Shown here piece after piece: positions 46,940 to 64,000 of a stretch of 64,000 nucleotides of DNA. Made by a program: the position numbers and the translations under genes. Where the stretch lies: NCBI RefSeq assembly GCF_009914755.1, contig NC_060943.1. The stretch is one strand, 5' to 3'. The stretch comes from the human T2T-CHM13v2.0 reference genome, Homo sapiens. The notes beneath the pieces were generated by a model, which saw only the letters and a program-made list of their open reading frames with translations, was not told the DNA's origin and did not search any database. Within the stretch, counting starts at the first letter, position 1. Every line of letters starts with the position of its first letter.

Positions 46940-47282
46940 ATGACTGGAATGACGGATGGATGGATGGACAGACGGACGGACAGATGGATGGATGGATGGA
47001 TGGATGGATGGATGGATGGATGGATGGAAGACTTAATAGATGGGTGGATGGTTAATGGATGGATGGTTTGAGATAGATGGATAACAGTTGGAGAGTGGAT
47101 AGATTGATAGATGTATGAATGATGAAAGCATTGATGAATGGATGGAATGATGGATAGATGAATACATAGAAAGTTAATTGACAGATGTATAGATAATAGA
47201 GTGAAAGATGTTTTTATAGAAAGAATAATGAGTGGATTTTCTGATGAATATGGATCAGTGGACAAAAGGAAGAAAAGGTAAT

Positions 47283-47317
<35 letters not shown>

Positions 47318-47320
47318 CAG
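46940..47320 (+). repeat. (GGAT)n and (GATA)n simple repeats in CYP2G2P intron 2
   Basis: Perfect gatg/ggat run near 46983-47026 and gata run near 47288-47316. Confidence 0.92.
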
Positions 47321-47629
47321 ACAGTATGTGGTGAGTCTGCTTGGAATTGAAGGATGTGGGCAGTTAGAGATGGATTCTTGGGAGAAAAAGATCTACCTAA
47401 GTGAAGAAGGCAGAGACCTATGGGTTAGGTATGTGTATGAGTATATGAAGATGAGAAATAAGGTTGGCTATGAGAGCTTTAGTGGGTGCATAAAGAATAT
47501 CACTAATCCGCCAGGCTTGGTAGCTCATGCCTGTAGTCCCAGCACTTTGGGAGGCTGAGACGGGTGGATCACCAGAGATTGGGAGTTGGAGACCAGCCTT
47601 TCCAACATGGAGAAACCCCGTCTCTACTA

Positions 47630-47788
<159 letters not shown>

Positions 47789-47967
47789 TCAAAAAAAAAA
47801 AAAAAAAAAAAAGAGAATATCACTAATCCATTAAAATAAGAGCAGAAATAACACAGAAGACACAGAAGACAGTTTAGAGTCGGATGGCATAGGTTCATAA
47901 TAAAGTGATCCTACCACTTACTGTGTGACATTATCTAACCTTTAGCTTAGCTTTTTTTTTTTTTTGA

Positions 47968-48284
<317 letters not shown>

Positions 48285-48414
48285 TAATGTTAACAGCTCT
48301 CCTAAGGGAGTCAATACAGTAAGTCATGTGGACTACTTACCAAAGAACCTGGCATATAGGGAGTGCATTGCAGTCATTTCCGGTTTTATTGTTTTTGTTG
48401 TTGTTGCTACCTAC

Positions 48415-48577
48415 CATGACCTTGGAAGTTTTGCTTTATTGAAGCCAGTTCTCCACGGCCACTGAACTCATCCGCTTGGTCTACCAAGGCTTCCTTCACT
48501 GCTTCATGTCCACATAAAACCACCACTGGCCGGGGACCCATGTACACAGTGAACACAGGGCTGTATTTCTCCCTGAG
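48415..48577 (-). pseudogene. CYP2G2P: CYP2G2P exon 2
   Basis: LREKYSPVFTVYMGPRPVVVLCGHEAVKEALVDQADEFSGRGELASIKQNFQGH|gtagg. Confidence 0.95.
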
Positions 48578-49169
48578 CTTGGAGTGAAGGAAAACACAGT
48601 AGGAGGGGCTGATTGGAGTACCAAGCATAGGCCAATTGAGGATTTTAGAGGATGGCGATTTCAGAGGGATATAAACATGGTACTAAGGAACCAAGGTAAA
48701 TCTGGGCTTGGAAGGAATACTGGGAAAGAGGCATGGAAGTCTTGGCTCCTGTCACCCTTGGCAAAAGCTCATCCCTCCCCGCAAGACTTACTGTCTGCAT
48801 CTCTAAAATAATGGACCTGGATTTGATGAATTCTAGGATTCATACTTCTCTCTCTGAAATGTTAAATTTCTAGACTCTTAAGACTTCATGATACCAACTC
48901 TCAAAGTGCTAAGACAACCTGAGTCAAAGAGTCCTTGTGTTTAAAAATATAATGTACTGTGATTCCAAAGTCCTCAGATCATGAAAATCTTATCTCAATG
49001 TACTGAGAATGTGTGTTTCCAATATTTTAGGATTCTGAAATTTCAGAATTCTAAGATTTGCAAAGTCTGTGTTTCTGAGAGTCTGTCTTTAGAAGTCATA
49101 AGGTTCTATGTGAATCTGGCAATAGGATTAGTTGCTTTTAGCCCTATTAGAGGAGACAGACAGACTCAC

Positions 49170-49349
49170 CTTCATGAAAGACTGAAACGTAGCGTCAGTT
49201 CGAACTTGCAGCAGGTTCCCCAGGAAAGGAATTGGTGTAGGACCTGGGGGCAGCTTTCCTGCCTTATTCATTCATTTCCAGGCAATGAGGATGAGCAGGC
49301 AAGACAAGCAGAGTGCCAGAAAGATGGTGACAGCCCCTCCCATCTCCAT
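49170..49349 (-). pseudogene. CYP2G2P: CYP2G2P exon 1 (TGA at codon 26, 49272-49274)
   Basis: gcaccATG; [59 protein letters not shown]|gtgagt. Confidence 0.95.
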
Positions 49350-49392
49350 GGTGCCAGGTCAACAGGTTCTGTCCTGGGCACCAGATCCTGCC

Positions 49393-49398
49393 TAAATA
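49393..49398 (-). promoter_or_regulatory. TATA-like TATTTA upstream of CYP2G2P
   Basis: At -49..-44 from the ATG, analogous to the CYP2A TATA position. Confidence 0.45.
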
Positions 49399-50662
49399 GG
49401 TCCTGGGAGATCAGCTTATACCGAAATCTGAACACCCTGGGATTCAAGTTTTCCGGGTCTGAATGTCATTGGAGAAGAGATTGCTTTATATGGGAGGTGG
49501 TTATATAACCTATAATCTCCCACCTGAGTAAGGGTAGATTGAATTCACAAAGGGAAATCCTCTGGGGCCATTCCCCTTTCTTCAAATTTCCAGTCTCTCT
49601 GTTCTTCTCTCTCAGCTCAACAGAATTGAACAGAATTTTTTGGTGGGGTGTAAGAGGCAGATTATTACCTTTTTAGGCTATTGATTTTAGGATCCAGACA
49701 ATCTGAGTACAAGCGGCAGCTCTGTCTTTTCTTCACTGGGCAAGTCACTTAACCTCTGGGACTTGTTTCTCCATCTATCAAATAGGGAAACCATGTTGTT
49801 TTATTTTATTTTATTTTATTTTACTTTTTTGAGACAGATTATCACTCTGTCACCCAGGCTGGAGCATAGTGGCGTGATCTCATTTCACTACAACTTCTGC
49901 CTCCCGGGTTCAAGCAATTCTCATGCCTCAGCCTCCCAAGTAGCTAGGACTACAGGTGCACACCACTATGCCCAGCTAATTTTTGTATTTTTCTAGAGAT
50001 GCGGTTTCACCATGTTGGCCAGGCTAGTCTCGAACTCCTGGCCTCAAGTGATCCACCCCAATCAGCCTCCCAAAGTGCTGGAATTACAGGCGTGAGCCAC
50101 CGCAGCTGGCAGACCATGTTGTTTTAGAAAGTCTTGATAGACAACAAGGAAAACTCTTTGTTCATTATTTAATTAAGGATAACCTTAATTAATCAGTTAT
50201 TAGATTTTTTAAATTGACACATAATAATTGTACATATTTGTGGTATATATATGTACATAATAATTGTACATATGTGTGATGTTTTGATACATGTATGCAA
50301 TGTATAACAATCAAATTCGGGTAATTATTATATCCATTACTGAGACATTGTCATTTCTTTGTGGTAAGAACATTCAAAATCCTCTCTTCTAACTATTTTG
50401 AAATATGCAATGTATTATTGTTAACTACAGCCAGCCACCCTACTGTATAATGGAACACTAGAATGTTAATAAGGAAAGTAAGCTGAAGATTTAGAAAACA
50501 AGAGAAATAAATCAATTGAAAGGGTTTTGTTCAAAGAGTTCTTGTTTTCTACTCAAGTTAATGTTAAATAACAATAATCAAAGATTACCCATGTTGGTGT
50601 ATCAGAAATTTGCTGTATCAAATTTAAAAAAAGAAAAAAAAGAACTTTGCTGTAGTGTGTGT

Positions 50663-50664
<2 letters not shown>

Positions 50665-50700
<36 letters not shown>
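50665..50700 (+). repeat. (GT)n microsatellite
   Basis: About 18 GT units. Confidence 0.95.
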
Positions 50701-50703
<3 letters not shown>

Positions 50704-51342
50704 GAAAGTCTAAGGTGTAGAGATCACCTCTGAACCCCAGTCTCTGGAGGGGAATGTCTTAATAATCTAAAAAGTGATTAACTACCTTTTCTGCACCAAA
50801 TATTTTCAAAGCCTTATTGTCCTGAAATGAACTTCCTGGATATTATATCCTACCCTCATGTACTATTTAACAAAATTCAATGTCCTTTTCATGCGACTGT
50901 ATTCTCAGACTTGGAAACCGAATCCCTCAAGGTATCTGTAGGTTTGGGGAATGGGGTTTGGCTGGCTGAGCTGAGGCATCCTGTGTCCAGAAGTGGTGGA
51001 AATTCTGGGAAAGCTGAGTGACTCACACACAGTGCCACCTTTTGTCTCTTGGATCTGCTGCTAGAATGTCTTTCTTGGAGTAGAGACTCAGCTCAGCCCA
51101 TCTCCTTTGACTCCCTTAGCTTTCACCTTCCCATCCCATTCTGATCCTCACCCCCCAGCACTTAACACCCATTCAGGACTAACCTCTTAACCATCTTGTG
51201 GTGGTGGCATGTGTGTGGTGATGGTGGTTGGTTGTGAGTCTGGTTTTCCTATTCAGACAGGAAGGGAGAGAGCAAGTACTCTTAGAACAGCTCCCTTCAC
51301 CATCCCACCTCCAGACAGGAAGCCAGGAATGGAGGAACTTGA

Positions 51343-51588
<246 letters not shown>

Positions 51589-52276
51589 TGAGCCACTGCG
51601 CCCAACCAAATTTTTTTAATTTGTCACTTTGTGCCAGGCATGGATGGAGCTGTGTGCTTGACAAGCAGGGTATCCTCTAATCCAAACAACCAGCTTGCAA
51701 GGAAGGGCATGTTAAATAGTCAGAGATTATTCAGGTCACCCTAAAACAAATATTCTTATAACCTGAAGCTGCTGGATAAACTTTTTTTTTTAAACTCTGT
51801 GTAATACCTTTCATACAGAGGGGAAAGGCATTCAGATGTTTCAGGTGCTTGGAGGTATAGCTCTCATTGTCATCTGGTTTGATATATTAAATTCATATAT
51901 GACTGTATTTGAGAAAAGGTTCATATTTCAGAGGCACCTAGATGTCTCCCAATATTTGTTTTCCCTGTCTTCCGTAGTAATAGAATTCTATCCAGCTACA
52001 TGATTATCTAGAGTTAAAAACTACATTTCCCAAGCTCCCTTGCAGCTGCGTATGGCCGTGTAGCCAAGTTCTGACCAATGAGAAGTGAGTGAAAGTGATG
52101 CCTGCAACTTTCAGTTTATGCTTTTAGAGGGAGGGGCAAGGTTTCCTTCCAGAATATTTCCTCTTTCTGGCTAACTGGGATAGCAAGAGCAACAACTTAG
52201 GAAGGAGCAGCAGCAACATGGAAGGAGCCTGGGTCTTTGATATCAGTGAACTGCCTGATGAGCTCAGGGTTGCTTA

Positions 52277-52616
<340 letters not shown>

Positions 52617-53454
52617 TTAAATTTCCATCTTATGTAAGCCCCTTTAAACCACTGTTTTGGGTCTTTGTTATAGCAGTTAACCTATATCTTAGGAAATTTG
52701 GCTTCTGTGAAAAATGCTTGAAAAATCATTGAACCAAGATAAGTGCTTGTTGCCTTCTTTTTTATTGTTGTGTCTGAGTACCACCCATATATGAATTTAA
52801 TGTTTCTTTAATTGACTCTCCTTTTTAAGAACTTAAATTCATTAAGATGGAACTTGGTATTTCTCCCTTTAATGGAAAATTAGCTATTTTCTATCATAAC
52901 TAGAAAATACCTGTGTATTAGTTATCTAATACTACATAACAAAACAGCTCAACACTTAGAGGCTTAAGACAACAACGATTTGTTATTTCCCACAGTTTCT
53001 GTGTGTCAATGTAATTTAATGCCATACTCTCCCACATCCATGGGGAAGTCTTCCTGGTACTCATACCTGCCCCCAACTTCTTTTCTGCATCTCCTTTCAC
53101 TCTTAAACTCAAGCTTAGGGTTCAAGTCTAAACACAGCATGTCAGAGCTTGAAGAGGTCTCAGAAATATTATTAGTTCAGTGTTTCTCAAAAGGTATAAA
53201 ATGCATAATTTGACCCAATGTATACCCATGGAGTATAAATCATCAGTTGTGAGATACTGCAAGATTCCTTGTAAGGAGGATGTATGTATGGATTTGAGTA
53301 TTACAGATGATGATAATAAACATATTTAACAACCAGGGCAGCACAAACATTGTCTGAAGATGGAGTAGGGTCCTAGAGGCCTCTGTAGTTGCTGAATTAT
53401 GGGACTATTGGTAAGAGTGGTCCTGGAGAAGTGGTTGAATTTCCCATTTACCAA

Positions 53455-53860
53455 CTGCTCTCGTTTGGATGTTTGTCCCTGCAAACCTCACATTGAAATT
53501 TGATCCCCAATGTTGGAGGTGGAAATTAATGGGAAGTGTTTGGTTCATGATCCAGGAGTTACCTGATGTCCTCCTCATGGTAATGAATGGGTTCTTGCTC
53601 TATTAGTTACCATGAGAGCTGGTTGTTTAAAAGAATTTGGCCATACCCTCTGTCTCTTGCTTCTTCTCTCACTATGTGATCCCTGCACATGCTGGCTCTA
53701 CTTTGCCTTCTGCTATGAGTAGAAGCAGCCTGAAGCCCTCACCAGAAGCAGATGCTGGTGCCATGCTTCTTGTACAGCAGGCAGGACTGTGAGCCAAATA
53801 AATCTCTTTTTATTATAAATTACTCAGCCACAGATATTTGGTAATAACAACACTAAACAA
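53455..53860 (+). mobile_element. MST-type MaLR solo LTR
   Basis: tgctctcgtttggatgtttgtccc ... gagccaaataaatctcttttttattataaattactcagcc. Confidence 0.75.
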
Positions 53861-56527
53861 ACTAAAATACCAACCTCTATCAAAAGATGCTCTAATAGTC
53901 CAGGTGTGTTGGCTCACACCTGTAATCCCAGCACTTTGGGAGGCTGAGATGAGTGGATTGCTTGAGGTCAGGAGTTTGAGACCATCCTGGCCAACATGAT
54001 GACATCCCATCTCTACTAAAAATAAAGAATTAAAAAAAAAAACTAGCTTGGCATGGTGGTGGGCGCCTGTAATCCCAGCTACTCAGGAGGCTGAGGCAGG
54101 AGAATCACTTGAATCTAGGAGACAGAAGTTGCAGTGAGCCAAGATTGCGCCACTGCACTTCAGCCTGGGCAACAGAGCCAGACCCTGTCTCAAAAAAAAA
54201 AAAAGGCTGTAATAACTCGTAGGACCACACCTGTGTACGTGTGCTGAATTTTGTCCTTAGGCATTGTCCTTAAGAAGTTTCCTTCTTCCCAGGACAGGGG
54301 CTTCATCAGGGCTCGACGCAGAACATGCAGGTGAGGGGCAGGGCACTGTGAACCTGGCAGAAGAGCTGATTATTAAATGTTCGGTAATGATGTGAGCTTA
54401 TTATGAAATAGTCATTATTAATTAAATTACGCAAACAAAAACGGAATATATTATACTTTTAAAAGAAGGTAATAAGTACTCAAGGCTGATCACATCCTAA
54501 TTATTTTACTAGAGTTTACCGTTATCTGTGCTATTGAGATCGTTTATGTCTATTTGTGTCTGTATAGTGAAAATACTATATGATGGCATGGTTTTGCACA
54601 TCTCTTCCCAACTCCATGTTCAGTGACACCACCTTGGCCAGTTGTTTGAAATTGGCCATAGTGAATGCATGCACAGCACAGCAATCAGAAAACTCTACAA
54701 ATGAGGTCTTTTTTTCCTAAGAGCCAGCTGATAAACATTTACCAGCACAACCCTGTGGGTGCTTTTCCAAAGCTGAAGATCTGGGCTTGGGATGATGTCA
54801 GCAGGTGCCCAAGGGAGAGTGGGGGAAGTTTTTCAGGAACTCACTGATATCAAGAGGAATTCTATGTGGGTTGGGATCCCTGTGGAAGTCTCCACCTCCC
54901 TTTGAGCAAAGGAGATGGAAGAGAAAGCTAGGTTGGAGTTCAGCTGGCTGTAGTGTTCATGTCTTGGATAATGGCATGCGGGGAGCACCCTATGACTTTG
55001 GAGACTGACAGACATGAAGACCATAGAAAAAGTAAGCCTCCCTCTGTGAGCCTTTTTTCAATCTGTGTTTGGGGGATGATAACAATAGTACCTTCTGTGT
55101 AGCGTTGTTCGGGGTTGGTGATAACGTGCATCGAAGGCCCTTAGCACAGACTTTGCTTGGCACATGCTCAACCAGTGGAAGGCTTTTAGCATGATTAAAT
55201 GGTTGTAAAATGGAATGATCCTAAGAGTCCCTGAAAATGAGGCCTTGGACACTATCTGTGTCTCAGTTTCCCCATCTGGAAAATGGGACAAATGGTTGTA
55301 TTGATCTTCTGAGGTATTTGGGACAATTCAATGAGTTGTGACACAGAGCAAGCATTTAATAAGTGTTTGCTAATATGAAAATTAGAGTTCTGCTGCGACA
55401 GTGGAGCTGGGACCAGGAAAAGCTGAGTGGAGAAAGGATATTCATCCCCTTCACCATCAAAACCTGGGCAAATCTGTTGGTTTCCTCTTGGCTGCAGTAG
55501 AAGGGAGGGTAGCTAGAATTGGACATTTTCTTCTAAGGAGGCAAAATAAGTGTGTCCAGGAGATCTTCATGGGTAGTCTAAGAAGACCCATTATGGGCAG
55601 TGTTTTATGGGATGGTTCCAGGACTGAGCTAAACAGCCTCCCCAAGCTGGCATTTTCCTAAGATTATGCTATTCTCAGAATCTATTGTTCTAATGTTTGG
55701 GGATTCCAGAATTCTGTGATTTTTAAGTTTTCAATACTATGTGGATTCTTCCAGTTGGGAGTGGGGTGCAGCTTTAGGAAAGTAAGGAGCTGAGGAGGGA
55801 GAGGCAGTCTCACCAACATCCACCTCCTCCTGGATGTTTTTATCAGAAGCAAAAAGGTAAAGTCAGTGCACAGTTTTGGTTGCTGTAGGTCCCAACGCAA
55901 AACAAATGTGTGGAGTCCTAGGAACCAAATTTTAGGGGTCTGAAGGTGGTACCTGGATCATTCTTCTCTTGGGGAGTGCCATCATTTCCAAGAGGCTGAA
56001 GAAGAGATTTGGAGCCAACAAACAAGACATAGAATTTATTGAAGACTTACATATACGGTGGTCCCAGAGCGGCCACCTGGACAGGAAAACCACTAACGTG
56101 TGTAAAAAGCATATGGTTTATACAGGATTGTCACTTAGCAAGCTCCACCTAGCAACCTCCATTTAACCCAAAACAAAGAGCCTTGATCCCTTGTATGGCC
56201 TGCATTACAACAAATGGGCCAGGGGTTCAGATGTCCTTCCCAGATATGGAGTGAATCTCTGGGTTGGCCACTCCCTTATTTCTTAGCTCAGAAATCCCAA
56301 CTTACATTCTTCCTAGACCATTCTCAGGGTATGCTTGAGATATTGCTGTCAAGTATGTCTTCCATACATAGGGCTGAGAAAAATTATTCAAAACACGGCA
56401 ATAAGGTAAAACTGATTATGGGATGTTTTAAAGTCAAGTTAAGCATATTTTCTAACAAGCCCACTTAAAGGTAATTTCATTCCAAAATGGAATGTCTCTT
56501 TGTTTGCACAATTAATTAGTGTCTAAG

Positions 56528-59812
<3,285 letters not shown>

Positions 59813-59817
59813 TTCAT

Positions 59818-60422
59818 ATATTGTGAAAAGTAGTGTGATGATTCCTGAAAGAACTAAAACAAGAACTACCATTCAACCCAGCAATTCCACTACTAGGTAT
59901 ATACTGAAAGGAATATAAATAATTCTACCATAAAGACACATGCACATGTATGTTCACTGCAGCACTATTCACAATAGCAAATACATGGAATCAACCTAAA
60001 TGCCCAAAATGGTAGACTGGATAAAGAAAATGTGGTACATATACACCATGGAATACTGTGCAGCCATAAAAAAAAGAACAAGATCATGCCCTTTGCAGAA
60101 CATGGATGAAGCTGGAGGCCATTATCTTTAGCAAACTAATGCAGGAACAGAAAACTAAATACTGCATGTTCCCACTTAGAAGTGGTAGCTGAATGATGAG
60201 AACACATGAACACACAGAGGGGAACAGCAGACACTGGGGCCTCCCTGAGGGTGGAGGGTGAGAGGAGGAAGAAGATCAGGAAAAATAACTGGTGGGTACT
60301 AGGCTTAATACTTTGGTGATGAAATGATCTGCACAACAAACCCCCATGACATGAGTTTACCTGTATAACAAACCTGCACATGTACCCCTGAACTTAAAAT
60401 TAAAATAAATAAAATAAAATAA
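59818..60422 (+). mobile_element. L1 3' end (sense), back-to-back with the preceding L1
   Basis: cattcaacccagcaattccactactagg ... aacctgcacatgtacccctgaacttaaaat plus A-rich tail. Confidence 0.88.
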
Positions 60423-61609
60423 CATTTCATAAAATTTTTTAAAACAGAAAACATGTTCATTCCCTGGCAACTCCACCAAAAAAAAAAAAAAAAAGGAAAG
60501 AAAACATGGTTATATATACAATGGAATATTATTCAGCCATAAAAAAAAGAATGAAATCCTATCATCTGCAGGAACATGGGTGGACCTGGAGGACATTATA
60601 TTAAGTAAAATAAGCCAGGCACAGAAAGACAAATATCACACATTCTCACTCATAATGGGAGTTAAAAAACTGATCTCATGAAAGTGGAAAGTAGAATGTT
60701 GGTTAGTAGAAGCTGTAATCCCTAGCAAGCTTCAACAGGGGAGCCAATGCTTTCAGTCAGGGGGTGGCACCACGTGTCTTCAAGATGAAATGCCTCTTGG
60801 GGACAAACATGCTACTTTCACCAAGTACATAAGCTTTCTGCTTGTCATACTTAGGATTGAACATTGTACATCCTTCAGAAGTACATCCTACTCAGATCTT
60901 GGGACAGTATGATCCCCCCATTTTGGGCATTTCCCTCATTTTTGGTTTGCATTGGGTTGCTGCTGGGAGAACCAAATGTCTGGCAGCTTCTTGGTCCCTT
61001 AAAAAAAAAAAATGTGCAGCTTCAGCCAGGCACAGTGGCTCATGCCTGTAATCCCATCACTTTGGGAGACCAAGGTGGGCAGATCACCTGAGGTCAGGAG
61101 TTTGCCACCAGCCTAGTCAACATGGCAAAATTCCGTCTCTACAAAAATAAAAAAATTAGCCAGGCGTTGTGGCTTGTGCCTTGAGATACAGTGCAGTCTC
61201 TTGTCATCCACTGCTTCCTTATTAGAGAGGGTAGAACCAACACTAGCTAACATCACGGGCCATACAGGTTAAGCCCATCTTAACAATTTTTTTTCTTTTT
61301 TTTGAGATGGAGTTTTGCTCTTGTTGCCCCAGGCTGGAGTGCAGTGGCCCAATCTCAGCTCACTGCAACCTCCGTGCCCACCCACCATCCCCCCTCCCGC
61401 CCCTGAGTTCAAGCGATTCTCCTGCCTCAGCCTTCCTAGTAGCTGGGACTACAATTGTGTGCCACCACACCCGGCTAATTTTTGTATTTTTAGTAGAGAT
61501 GGGGTTTCACTATATTGGCCAGGCTGGTCTTGAACTCCTGACCTCAAGTGATCTGTAAGCCTCAGCCTCCCAAAGTGCTGGGCGTACAGGTGTGAGCCAC
61601 TGCACCCAG

Positions 61610-64000
<2,391 letters not shown>

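Noticed and set aside
49400-49570. Olf-1/EBF sites in the CYP2G2P promoter
   Set aside because: The candidates do not match TCCCnnGGGA well enough

Overview
Human genomic DNA from the chr19q13.2 CYP2A/2B/2G cluster, identified from protein sequence and gene order recalled from memory with no database check. From left to right: (1) CYP2B6 intron 8, exon 9 and an Alu-rich 3'UTR (+). (2) An orphan 171-nt CYP2B-type exon-1 relic just downstream (+). (3) The 5' half (exons 1-5) of the split CYP2A pseudogene CYP2A7P1/CYP2A18PN (-), which still carries TATA, HNF4A and ARE motifs. (4) An L1PA element with both ends, an open ORF0, a nested HERV-K LTR5 solo LTR and an internal ORF2 deletion. (5) The complete 9-exon CYP2G2P pseudogene (-), 494 codons with only two nonsense codons (R26X, R128X) and an AT-rich palindrome in intron 5. 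(6) About 14 kb of Alu/L1/LTR-rich sequence. Most ORF-track entries are Alu, L1 or simple-repeat artefacts. I cannot claim a wholly new biological system. The best leads are the open orphan CYP2B exon, the intronic palindrome, the mosaic CYP2A pseudogene with an R101X matching a CYP2A13 null allele, a possible L1-ORF0/CYP2A fusion, and the nearly intact CYP2G2P.
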